A stretch of DNA of 64,000 nucleotides from Auanema rhodensis. Taxonomy: Eukaryota > Animalia > Nematoda. Where the stretch lies: NCBI GenBank assembly GCA_964057225.1, contig CAXKVF010000072.1:558001-622000 (forward strand), in the 5' to 3' direction. The notes under the pieces were generated by a model. That model saw nothing but the letters and a program-made list of their open reading frames with translations, had not been told where the DNA came from and did no database searches. Of this stretch, positions 1 to 13,500 are shown one piece after another. Every line of letters begins with the position of its first letter. Position 1 is the first letter of the stretch. The position numbers and the translations under genes were made by a program.

Positions 1-1936
1 ATAAATTAAAGTTCACGTAAATTTCAAAGTCATGGTTACCATGAACCAGTATCAATAAAAATTTGTTTTTAGACTAATATGGACATGGGGAATCTAATTT
101 TGAAAACCGCATCACTTTATCTTTCACGTGAAGCGAGTTACATTCCAAGTGCACATCACGTGTACATTTAATTAGCATAAATTAAAGTTCACGTAAATTT
201 CAAAGTCATGGTTACCATGCACCAATATCAATAAAAATTTGTTTTTAGACTAATATGGACATGGGGAATCTAATGTTGAAAACCGCATCTTTTTATCTTT
301 CACGTGAAGCGAGTTACATACCAAGTGCACATCACGTGTACATTTAATTAGCATAAATTAAAGTTCACGTAAATTTCAAAGTCATGGTTACCATGAACCA
401 ATATCAATAAAAATTTGTTTTTAGACTAATATGGACATGGGGAATCTAATTTTGAAAACCGCATCTCTTTATCTTTCACGTGAAGCGAGTTACATACCAA
501 GTGCACATCACGTGTACTTTTAATCAGCATAAATTAAAGTTCACGTAAATTTCAAAGTCATGGTTACCATGCACCAATATCAATAAAAATTTGTTTTTAG
601 ACTAATATGGACATGGGGAATCTAATTTTGAAAACCGCATCTCTTTATCTTCCACGTGAAGCGAGTTACATACCAAGTGCACATCACGTGTACATTTAAT
701 TAGCATAAATTAAAGTTCACGTAAATTTCAAAGTCATGGTTACCATGAACCAATATCAATAAAAATTTGTTTTTAGACTAATATGGACATGGGGAATCTA
801 ATTTTGAAAACCGCATCTCTTTATCTTCCACGTGAAGCGAGTTACATACCAAGTGCACATCACGTGTACATTTAATTAGCATAAATTAAAGTTCACGTAA
901 ATTTCAAAGTCATGGTTACCATGAACCAATATCAATAAAAATTTGTTTTTAGACTAATATGGACATGGGGAATCAAATTTTGAAAACCGCATCTCTTTAT
1001 CTTTCACGTGAAGCGAGTTACATACCAAGTGCACATCACGTGTACATTTAATTAGCATAAATTAAAGTTCACGTAAATTTCAAAGTCATGGTTACCATGA
1101 ACCAATATCAATAAAAATTTGTTTTTAGACTAATATGGACATGGGGAATCTAATTTTGGAAACCGCATCACTTTATCTTTCACGTGAAGCGAGTTACATA
1201 CCAAGTGCACATCACGTGTACATTTAATTAGCATAAATTAAAGTTCACGTAAATTTCAAAGTCATGGTTACCATGCACCAATATCAATAAAAATTTGTTT
1301 TTAGACTAATATGGACATGGGGAATCTAATTTTGAAAACCGCATCTCTTTATCTTTCACGTGAAGCGAGTTACATACCAAGTGCACATCACGTGTACATT
1401 TAATTAGCATAAATTAAAGTTCACGTAAATTTCAAAGTCATGGTTACCATTAACCAATATCAATAAAAATTTGTTTTTAGACTAATATGGACATGGGGAA
1501 TCTAATTTTGAAAACCGCATCTCTTTATCTTTCACGTGAAGCGAGTTACATACCAAGTGCACATCACGTGTACATTTAATTAGCATAAATTAAAGTTCAC
1601 GTAAATTTCAAAGTCATGGTTACTATGAAGCAATATCAATAAAAATTTGTTTTTAGACTAATATGGACATGGGGAAGCTAATTTTGAAAACCGCATCTCT
1701 TTATCTTTCACGTGAAGCGAGTTACATACCAAGTGCACATCACGTGTACAATTAATTAGCATAAATTAAAGTTCACGTAAATTTCAAAGTCATGGTTACC
1801 ATTAACCAATATCAATAAAAATTTGTTTTTAGACTAATATGGACATGGGGAATCTAATTTTGAAAACCGCATCTCTTTATCTTTCACGTGAAGCGAGTTA
1901 CATATCAAGTGCACATCACGTGTACATTTAATTAGC

Positions 1937-4900
1937 ATAAATTAAAGTTCACGTAAATTTCAAAGTCATGGTTACCATTAACCAATATCAATAAAAATTT
2001 GTTTTTAGACTAATATGGACATGGGGAATCTAATTTTGAAAACCGCATCTCTTTATCTTTCAAGTGAAGCGAGTTACATACCAAGTGCACATCACGTGTA
2101 CATTTAATTAGCATAAATTAAAGTTCACGTAAATTTCAAAGTCATGGTTACCATGAAGCAATATCAATAAAAATTTGTTTTTAGACTAATATGGACATGG
2201 GGAATCTAATTTTGAAAACCGCATCTCTTCATCTTTCACGTGAAGCGAGTTACATACCAAGTGCACATCACGTGTACATTTAATTAGCATAAATTAAAGT
2301 TCACGTAAATTTCAAAGTCATGGTTACCATGCACCAATATCAATAAAAATTTGTTTTTAGACTAATATGGACATGGGGAATCTAATTTTGAAAACCGCAT
2401 CTCTTTATCTTTCATGTGAAGCGAGTTACATACCAAGTGCACATCACGTGTACATTTAATTAGCATAAATTAAAGTTCACGTAAATTTCAAAGTCATGGT
2501 TACCATGAAGCATTATCAATAAAAATTTGTTTTTAGACTAATATGGACATGGGGAATCTAATTTTGAAAACCGCATCTCTTTATCTTTCACGTGAAGCGA
2601 GTTACATACCAAGTGCACATCACGTGTACATTTAATTAGCATAAATTAAAGTTCACGTAAATTTCAAAGTCATGGTTACCATGAACCAATATCAATAAAA
2701 ATTTGTTTTTAGACTAATATGGACATGGGGAATCTAATTTTGAAAACCGCATCTCTTCATCTTTCACGTGAAGCGAGTTACATACCAAGTGCACATCACG
2801 TGTACATTTAATTAGCATAAATTAAAGTTCACGTAAATTTCAAAGTCATGGTTACCATGAACCAATATCAATAAAAATTTGTTTTTAGACTAATATGGAC
2901 ATGGGGAATCTAATTTTGAAAACCGCATCTCTTTATCTTTCACGTGAAGCGAGTTACATACCAAGTGCACATCACGTGTACATTTAATTAGCATAAATTA
3001 AAGTTCACGTAAATTTCAAAGTCATGGTTACTATGAAGCAATATCAATAAAAATTTGTTTTTAGACTAATATGGACATGGGGAAGCTAATTTTGAAAACC
3101 GCATCTCTTTATCTTTCACGTGAAGCGAGTTACATACCAAGTGCACATCACGTGTACATTTAATTAGCATAAATTAAAGTTCACGTAAATTTCAAAGTCA
3201 TGGTTACCATGAAGCAATATCAATAAAAATTTGTTTTTAGACTAATATGGACATGGGGAATCTAATTTTGAAAACCGCATCTCTTCATCTTTCACGTGAA
3301 GCGAGTTACATACCAAGTGCACATCACGTGTACATTTAATTAGCATAAATTAAAGTTCACGTAAATTTCAAAGTCATGGTTACCATGCACCAATATCAAT
3401 AAAAATTTGTTTTTAGACTAATATGGACATGGGGAATCTAATTTTGAAAACCGCATCTCTTTATCTTTCATGTGAAGCGAGTTACATACCAAGTGCACAT
3501 CACGTGTACATTTAATTAGCATAAATTAAAGTTCACGTAAATTTCAAAGTCATGGTTACCATGAAGCATTATCAATAAAAATTTGTTTTTAGACTAATAT
3601 GGACATGGGGAATCTAATTTTGAAAACCGCATCTCTTTATCTTTCACGTGAAGCGAGTTACATACCAAGTGCACATCACGTGTACATTTAATTAGCATAA
3701 ATTAAAGTTCACGTAAATTTCAAAGTCATGGTTACCATGAACCAATATCAATAAAAATTTGTTTTTAGACTAATATGGACATGGGGAATCTAATTTTGAA
3801 AACCGCATCTCTTTATCTTTCAAGTGAAGCGAGTTACATACCAAGTGCACATCACGTGTACATTTAATTAGCATAAATTAAAGTTCACGTAAATTTCAAA
3901 GTCATGGTTACCATGAAGCAATATCAATAAAAATTTGTTTTTAGACTAATATGGACATGGGGAATCTAATTTTGAAAACCGCATCTCTTCATCTTTCACG
4001 TGAAGCGAGTTACATACCAAGTGCACATCACGTGTACATTTAATTAGCATAAATTAAAGTTCACGTAAATTTCAAAGTCATGGTTACCATGCACCAATAT
4101 CAATAAAAATTTGTTTTTAGACTAATATGGACATGGGGAATCTAATTTTGAAAACCGCATCTCTTTATCTTTCATGTGAAGCGAGTTACATACCAAGTGC
4201 ACATCACGTGTACATTTAATTAGCATAAATTAAAGTTCACGTAAATTTCAAAGTCATGGTTACCATGAACCAATATCAATAAAAATTTGTTTTTAGACTA
4301 ATATGGACATGGGGAATCTAATTTTGAAAACCGCATCTCTTTATCTTTCACGTGAAGCGAGTTACATACCAAGTGCACATCACGTGTACATTTAATTAGC
4401 ATAAATTAAAGTTCACGTAAATTTCAAAGTCATGGTTACCATGAACCAATATCAATAAAAATTTGTTTTTAGACTAATATGGACATGGGGAATCTAATTT
4501 TGAAAACCGCATCTCTTTATCTTTCACGTGAAGCGAGTTACATACCAAGTGCACATCACGTGTACATTTAATTAGCATAAATTAAAGTTCACGTAAATTT
4601 TAAAGTCATGGTTACCATGAACCAATATCAATAAAAATTTGTTTTTAGACTAATATGGACATGGGGAATCTAATTTTGAAAACCGCATCTCTTTATCTTT
4701 CAAGTGAAGCGAGTTACATACCAAGTGCACATCACGTGTACATTTAATTAGCATAAATTAAAGTTCACGTAAATTTCAAAGTCATGGTTACCATGAAGCA
4801 ATATCAATAAAAATTTGTTTTTAGACTAATATGGACATGGGGAATCTAATTTTGAAAACCGCATCTCTTCATCTTTCACGTGAAGCGAGTTACATACCAA

Positions 4901-6400
4901 GTGCACATCACGTGTACATTTAATTAGCATAAATTAAAGTTCACGTAAATTTCAAAGTCATGGTTACCATGCACCAATATCAATAAAAATTTGTTTTTAG
5001 ACTAATATGGACATGGGGAATCTAATTTTGAAAACCGCATCTCTTTATCTTTCATGTGAAGCGAGTTACATACCAAGTGCACATCACGTGTACATTTAAT
5101 TAGCATAAATTAAAGTTTACGTAAATTTCAAAGTCATGGTTACCATGAAGCATTATCAATAAAAATTTGTTTTTAGACTAATATGGACATGGGGAATCTA
5201 ATTTTGAAAACCGCATCTCTTTATCTTTCACGTGAAGCGAGTTACATACCAAGTGCACATCACGTGTACATTTAATTAGCATAAATTAAAGTTCACGTAA
5301 ATTTCAAAGTCATGGTTACCATGAACCAATATCAATAAAAATTTGTTTTTAGACTAATATGGACATGGGGAATCTAATTTTGAAAACCGCATCTCTTTAT
5401 CTTTCACGTGAAGCGAGTTACATACCAAGTGCACATCACGTGTACATTTAATTAGCATAAATTAAAGTTCACGTAAATTTCAAAGTCATGGTTACCATGA
5501 ACCAATATCAATAAAAATTTGTTTTTAGACTAATATGGACATGGGGAATCTAATTTTGAAAACCGCATCTCTTTATCTTTCACGTGAAGCGAGTTACATA
5601 CCAAGTGCACATCACGTGTACATTTAATTAGCATAAATTAAAGTTCACGTAAATTTCAAAGTCATGGTTACTATGAAGCAATATCAATAAAAATTTGTTT
5701 TTAGACTAATATGGACATGGGGAAGCTAATTTTGAAAACCGCATCTCTTTATCTTTCACGTGAAGCGAGTTACATACCAAGTGCACATCACGTGTACATT
5801 TAATTAGCATAAATTAAAGTTCACGTAAATTTCAAAGTCATGGTTACCATGAAGCAATATCAATAAAAATTTGTTTTTAGACTAATATGGACATGGGGAA
5901 TCTAATTTTGAAAACCGCATCTCTTCATCTTTCACGTGAAGCGAGTTACATACCAAGTGCACATCACGTGTACATTTAATTAGCATAAATTAAAGTTCAC
6001 GTAAATTTCAAAGTCATGGTTACCATGCACCAATATCAATAAAAATTTGTTTTTAGACTAATATGGACATGGGGAATCTAATTTTGAAAACCGCATCTCT
6101 TTATCTTTCATGTGAAGCGAGTTACATACCAAGTGCACATCACGTGTACATTTAAATAGCATAAATTAAAGTTCACGTAAATTTCAAAGTCATGGTTACC
6201 ATGAAGCATTATCAATAAAAATTTGTTTTTAGACTAATATGGACATGGGGAATCTAATTTTGAAAACCGCATCTCTTTATCTTTCACGTGAAGCGAGTTA
6301 CATACCAAGTGCACATCACGTGTACATTTAATTAGCATAAATTAAAGTTCACGTAAATTTCAAAGTCATGGTTACCATGAACCAATATCAATAAAAATTT
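1937..6400. repeat. Nested block duplications with 15-monomer (2640 bp) and 6-monomer (1056 bp) offsets; boundaries approximate
   Basis: CTCTTC variant at 2230/4870 and 3286/5926; CTATGAAGC plus GGAAGCT monomer at 3032/5672; CAAGTG at 2063/4703 (all 2640 apart). 2230 to 3286 and 4870 to 5926 are each 1056 apart. Confidence 0.8.
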
Positions 6401-8448
6401 GTTTTTAGACTAATATGGACATGGGGAATCTAATTTTGAAAACCGCATCTCTTTATCTTTCACGTGAAGCGAGTTACATACCAAGTGCACATCACGTGTA
6501 CATTTAATTAGCATAAATTAAAGTTCACGTAAATTTCAAAGTCATGGTTACTATGAAGCAATATCAATAAAAATTTGTTTTTAGACTAATATGGACATGG
6601 GGAATCTAATTTTGAAAACCGCATCTCTTTATCTTTCACGTGAAGCGAGTTACATACCAAGTGCACATCACGTGTACATTTAATTAGCATAAATTAAAGT
6701 TCACGTAAATTTCAAAGTCATGGTTACCATGAAGCAATATCAATAAAAATTTGTTTTTAGACTAATATGGACATGGGGAATCTAATTTTGAAAACCGCAT
6801 CTCTTTATCTTTCACGTGAAGCGAGTTACATACCAAGTGCACATCACGTGTACATTTAATTAGCATAAATTAAAGTTCACGTAAATTTTAAAGTCATGGT
6901 TACCATGAACCAATATCAATAAAAACTTGTTTTTAGACTAATATGGACATGGGGAATCTAATTTTGAAAACCGCATCTCTTTATCTTTCACGTGAAGCGA
7001 GTTACATACCAAGTGCACATCACGTGTACATTTAATTAGCATAAATTAAAGTTCACGTAAATTTCAAAGTCATGGTTACCATGAACCAATATCAATAAAA
7101 ATTTGTTTTTAGACTAATATGGACATGGGGAATCTAATTTTGAAAACCGCATCTCTTTATCTTTCACGTGAAGCGAGTTACATACCAAGTGCACATCACG
7201 TGTACATTTAATTAGCATAAATTAAAGTTCACGTAAATTTCAAAGTCATGGTTACCATGAACCAATATCAATAAAAATTTGTTTTTAGACTAATATGGAC
7301 ATGAGGAATCTAATTTTGAAAACCGCATCTCTTTATCTTTCACGTGAAGCGAGTTACATACCAAGTGCACATCACGTGTACATTTAATTAGCATAAATTA
7401 AAGTTCACGTAAATTTCAAAGTCATGGTTACCATGCACCAATATCAATAAAAATTTGTTTTTAGACTAATATGGACATGGGGAATCTAATTTTGAAAACC
7501 GCATCTCTTTATCTTTCACGTGAAGCGAGTTACATACCAAGTGCACATCACGTGTACATTTAATTAGCATAAATTAAAGTTCACGTAAAATTCAAAGTCA
7601 TGGTTACCATGAAGCAATATAAATAAAAATTTGTTTTTAGACTAATATGGACATGGGGAATCTAATTTTGAAAACCGCATCTCTTTATCTTTCATGTGAA
7701 GCGAGTTACATACCAAGTGCACATCACGTGTACATTTAATTAGCATAAATTAAAGTTCACGTAAATTTTAAAGTCATGGTTACCATGAACCAATATCAAT
7801 AAAAATTTGTTTTTAGACTAATATGGACATGGGGAATCTAATTTTGAAAACCGCATCTCTTTATCTTTCACGTGAAGCGAGTTACATACCAAGTGCACAT
7901 CACGTGTACATTTAATTAGCATAAATTAAAGTTCACGTAAATTTCAAAGTCATGGTTACCATGAACCAATATCAATAAAAATTTGTTTTTAGACTAATAT
8001 GGACATGGGGAATCTAATTTTGAAAACCGCATCTCTTTATCTTTCACGTGAAGCGAGTTACATACCAAGTGCACATCACGTGTACATTTAATTAGCATAA
8101 ATTAAAGTTCACGTAAATTTCAAAGTCATGGTTACCATGAACCAATATCAATAAAAATTTGTTTTTAGACTAATATGGACATGGGGAATCTAATTTTGAA
8201 AACCGCATCTCTTTATCTTTCACGTGAAGCGAGTTACATACCAAGTGCACATCACGTGTACATTTAATTAGCATAAATTAAAGTTCACGTAAAATTCAAA
8301 GTCATGGTTACCATGAAGCAATATCAATAAAAATTTGGTTTTAGACTAATATGGACATGGGGAATCTAATTTTGAAAACCGCATCTCTTTATCTTTCACG
8401 TGAAGCGAGTTACATACCAAGTGCACATCACGTGTACATTTAATTAGC

Positions 8449-10560
8449 ATAAATTAAAGTTCACGTAAATTTCAAAGTCATGGTTACAATGAACCAATAT
8501 CAATAAAAATTTGTTTTTAGACTAATATGGACATGGGGAATCTAATTTTGAAAACCGCATCTCTTTCTCTTTCACGTGAAGCGAGTTACATACCAAGTGC
8601 ACATCACGTGTACATTTAATTAGCATAAATTAAAGTTCACGTAAATTTCAAAGTCATGGTTACCATGAACCAATATCAATAAAAATTTGTTTTTAGACTA
8701 ATATGGACATGGGGAATCTAATTTTGAAAACCGCATCTCTTTATCTTTCACGTGAAGCGAGTTACATACCAAGTGCACATCACGTGTACATTTAATTAGC
8801 ATAAATTAAAGTTCACGTAAATTTCAAAGTCATGGTTACCATGAACCAATATCAATAAAAATTTGTTTTTAGACTAATATGGACATGGGGAATCTAATTT
8901 TGAAAACCGCATTTCTTTATCTTTCACGTGAAGCGAGTTACATACCAAGTGCACATCACGTGTACATTTAATTAGCATAAATTAAAGTTCACGTAAATTT
9001 CAAAGTCATGGTTACCATGCACCAATATCAATAAAAATTTGTTTTTAGACTAATATGGACATGGGGAATCTAATTTTGAAAACCGCATCTCTTTATCTTT
9101 CACGTGAAGCGAGTTACATACCAAGTGCACATCACGTGTACATTTAATTAGCATAAATTAAAGTTCACGTAAATTTCAAAGTCATGGTTACAATGAACCA
9201 ATATCAATAAAAATTTGTTTTTAGACTAATATGGACATGGGGAATCTAATTTTGAAAACCGCATCTCTTTCTCTTTCACGTGAAGCGAGTTACATACCAA
9301 GTGCACATCACGTGTACATTTAATTAGCATAAATTAAAGTTCACGTAAATTTCAAAGTCATGGTTACCATGAACCAATATCAATAAAAATTTGTTTTTAG
9401 ACTAATATGGACATGGGGAATCTAATTTTGAAAACCGCATCTCTTTATCTTTCACGTGAAGCGAGTTACATACCAAGTGCACATCACGTGTACATTTAAT
9501 TAGCATAAATTAAAGTTCACGTAAATTTCAAAGTCATGGTTACCATGAACCAATATCAATAAAAATTTGTTTTTAGACTAATATGGACATGGGGAATCTA
9601 ATTTTGAAAACCGCATTTCTTTATCTTTCACGTGAAGCGAGTTACATACCAAGTGCACATCACGTGTACATTTAATTAGCATAAATTAAAGTTCACGTAA
9701 ATTTCAAAGTCATGGTTACCATGCACCAATATCAATAAAAATTTGTTTTTAGACTAATATGGACATGGGGAATCTAATTTTGAAAACCGCATCTCTTTAT
9801 CTTTCACGTGAAGCGAGTTACATACCAAGTGCACATCACGTGTACATTTAATTAGCATAAATTAAAGTTCACGTAAATTTCAAAGTCATGGTTACAATGA
9901 ACCAATATCAATAAAAATTTGTTTTTAGACTAATATGGACATGGGGAATCTAATTTTGAAAACCGCATCTCTTTCTCTTTCACGTGAAGCGAGTTACATA
10001 CCAAGTGCACATCACGTGTACATTTAATTAGCATAAATTAAAGTTCACGTAAATTTCAAAGTCATGGTTACCATGAACCAATATCAATAAAAATTTGTTT
10101 TTAGACTAATATGGACATGGGGAATCTAATTTTGAAAACCGCATCTCTTTATCTTTCACGTGAAGCGAGTTACATACCAAGTGCACATCACGTGTACATT
10201 TAATTAGCATAAATTAAAGTTCACGTAAATTTCAAAGTCATGGTTACCATGAACCAATATCAATAAAAATTTGTTTTTAGACTAATATGGACATGGGGAA
10301 TCTAATTTTGAAAACCGCATTTCTTTATCTTTCACGTGAAGCGAGTTACATACCAAGTGCACATCACGTGTACATTTAATTAGCATAAATTAAAGTTCAC
10401 GTAAATTTCAAAGTCATGGTTACCATGCACCAATATCAATAAAAATTTGTTTTTAGACTAATATGGACATGGGGAATCTAATTTTGAAAACCGCATCTCT
10501 TTATCTTTCACGTGAAGCGAGTTACATACCAAGTGCACATCACGTGTACATTTAATTAGC
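8449..10560. repeat. Local 4-monomer higher-order repeat (704 bp), 3 copies plus the start of a fourth
   Basis: TTACAATG variant at 8488, 9192, 9896 and 10600. In the three full copies it is accompanied by CTTTCTCT and followed in order by consensus, GCATTTCT and ATGCACC monomers. Confidence 0.9.
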
Positions 10561-13500
10561 ATAAATTAAAGTTCACGTAAATTTCAAAGTCATGGTTACA
10601 ATGAACCAATATCAATAAAAATTTGTTTTTAGACTAATATGGACATGGGGAATCTAATTTTGAAAACCGCATCTCTTTATCTTTCACGTGAAGCGAGTTA
10701 CATACCAAGTGCACATCACGTGTACATTTAATTAGCATAAATTAAAGTTCACGTAAATTTCAAAGTCATGGTTACCATGAACCAATATCAATAAAAATTT
10801 GTTTTTAGACTAATATGGACATGGGGAATCTAATTTTGAAAACCGCATCTCTTTATCTTTCACGTGAAGCGAGTTACATACCAAGTGCACATCACGTGTA
10901 AATTTAATTAGCATAAATTAAAGTTCACGTAAATTTCAAAGTCATGGTTACCATGAACCAATATCAATAAAAATTTGTTTTTAGACTAATATGGACATGG
11001 GGAATCTAATTTTGGAAACCGCATCTCTTTATCTTTCAAGTGAAGCGAGTTACATACCAAGTGCACATCACGTGTACATTTAATTAGCATAAATTAAAGT
11101 TCACGTAAATTTCAAAGTCATGGTTACCATGAACCAATATCAATAAAAATTTGTTTTTAGACTAATATGGACATGGGGAATCTAATTTTGAAAACCGCAT
11201 CTCTTTATCTTTCACGTGAAGCGAGTTACATACCAAGTGCACATCACGTGTACATTTAATTAGCATAAATTAAAGTTCACGTAAACTTCAAAGTCATGGT
11301 TACCATGAAGCAATATCAATAAAAATTTGTTTTTAGACTAATATGGACATGGGGAATCTAATTTTGAAAACCGCATCTCTTTATCTTTCACGTGAAGCGA
11401 GTTACATACCAAGTGCACATCACGTGTACATTTAATTAGCATAAATTAAAGTTCACGTAAATTTCAAAGTCATGGTTACCATGAACCAATATCAATAAAA
11501 ATTTGTTTTTAGACTAATATGGACATGGGGAATCTAATTTTGAAAACCGCATCTCTTTATCTTTCACGTGAAGCGAGTTACATACCAAGTGCACATCACG
11601 TGTAAATTTAATTAGCATAAATTAAAGTTCACGTAAATTTCAAAGTCATGGTTACCATGAACCAATATCAATAAAAATTTGTTTTTAGACTAATATGGAC
11701 ATGGGGAATCTAATTTTGAAAACCGCATCTCTTTATCTTTCACGTGAAGCGAGTTACATACCAAGTGCACATCACGTGTACATTTAATTAGCATAAATTA
11801 AAGTTCACGTAAATTTCAAAGTCATGGTTACCATGAACCAATATCAATAAAAATTTGTTTTTAGACTAATATGGACATGGGGAATCTAATTTTGAAAACC
11901 GCATCTCTTTATCTTTCACGTGAAGCGAGTTACATACCAAGTGCACATCACGTGTACATTTAATTAGCATAAATTAAAGTTCACGTAAATTTCAAAGTCA
12001 TGGTTACCATGAACCAATATCAATAAAAATTTGTTTTTAGACTAATATGGACATGGGGAATCTAATTTTGAAAACCGCATCTCTTTATCTTTCACGTGAA
12101 GCGAGTTACATACCAAGTGCACATCACGTGTACATTTAATTAGCATAAATTAAAGTTCACGTAAATTTCAAAGTCATGGTTACCATGAACCAATATCAAT
12201 AAAAATTTGTTTTTAGACTAATATGGACATGGGGAATCTAATTTTGAAAACCGCATTTCTTTATCTTTCACGTGAAGCGAGTTACATACCAAGTGCACAT
12301 CACGTGTACATTTAATTAGCATAAATTAAAGTTCACGTAAATTTCAAAGTCATGGTTACCATGAAGCAATATCAATAAAAATTTGTTTTTAGACTAATAT
12401 GGACATGGGGAATCTAATTTTGAAAACCGCATATCTTTATCTTTCACGTGAAGCGAGTTACATACCAAGTGCACATCACGTGTACATTTAATTAGCATAA
12501 ATTAAAGTTCACGTAAATTTTAAAGTCATGGTTACCATGAAGCAATATCAATAAAAATTTGTTTTTAGACTAATATGGACATGGGGAATCTAATTTTGAA
12601 AACCGCATCTCTTTATCTTTCACGTGAAGCGAGTTACATACCAAGTGCACATCACGTGTACATTTAATTAGCATAAATTAAAGTTCACGTAAATTTCAAA
12701 GTCATGGTTACCATGAACCAATATCAATAAAAATTTGTTTTTAGACTAATATGGACATGGGGAATCTAATTTTGAAAACCGCATCTCTTTATCTTTCACG
12801 TGAAGCGAGTTACATACCAAGTGCACATCACGTGTACATTTAATTAGCATAAATTAAAGTTCACGTAAATTTCAAAGTCATGGTTACCATGCACCAATAT
12901 CAATAAAAATTTGTTTTTAGACTAATATGGACATGGGGAATCTAATTTTGAAAACCGCATCTCTTTATCTTTCACGTGAAGCGAGTTACATACCAAGTGC
13001 ACATCACGTGTACATTTAATTAGCATAAATTTAAGTTCACGTAAATTTCAAAGTCATGGTTACCATGCACCAATATCAATAAAAATTTGTTTTTAGACTA
13101 ATATGGACATGGGGGATCTAATTTCGAAAACCGCATCTCTTTATCTTTCACGTGAAGCGAGTTACATACCAAGTGCACATCACGTGTACATTTAATTAGC
13201 ATAAATTAAAGTTCACGTAAATTTCAAAGTCATGGTTACCATGAACCAATATCAATAAAAATTTGTTTTTAGACTAATATGGACATGGGTAATCTAATTT
13301 TGAAAACCGCATCTCTTTATCTTTCACGTGAAGCGAGTTACATACCAAGTGCACATCACGTGTACATTTAATTAGCATAAATTAAAGTTCACGTAAATTT
13401 CAAAGTCATGGTTACCATGCACCAATATCAATAAAAATTTGTTTTTAGACTAATATGGACATGGGGAATCTAATTTTGAAAACCGCATCTCTTTATCTTT

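Noticed and set aside
54-59. AATAAA in every monomer as a polyadenylation signal
   Set aside because: It is expected by chance in an A-tract of 68% AT sequence, and there is no transcript evidence.
79-171. 30-codon ORF in each monomer (MDMGNLILKTASLYLSREASYIPSAHHVYI*)
   Set aside because: It is short, has no recognisable protein similarity and no expression context. The monomer length is not a multiple of 3 and stops prevent any long ORF, so chance in a satellite is the simplest explanation.
1-176. Assigning the satellite to a named family or species from the 176-bp length
   Set aside because: Many unrelated plant and animal satellites are 170-180 bp long. I do not recognise this sequence with confidence; a BLASTN search is needed.
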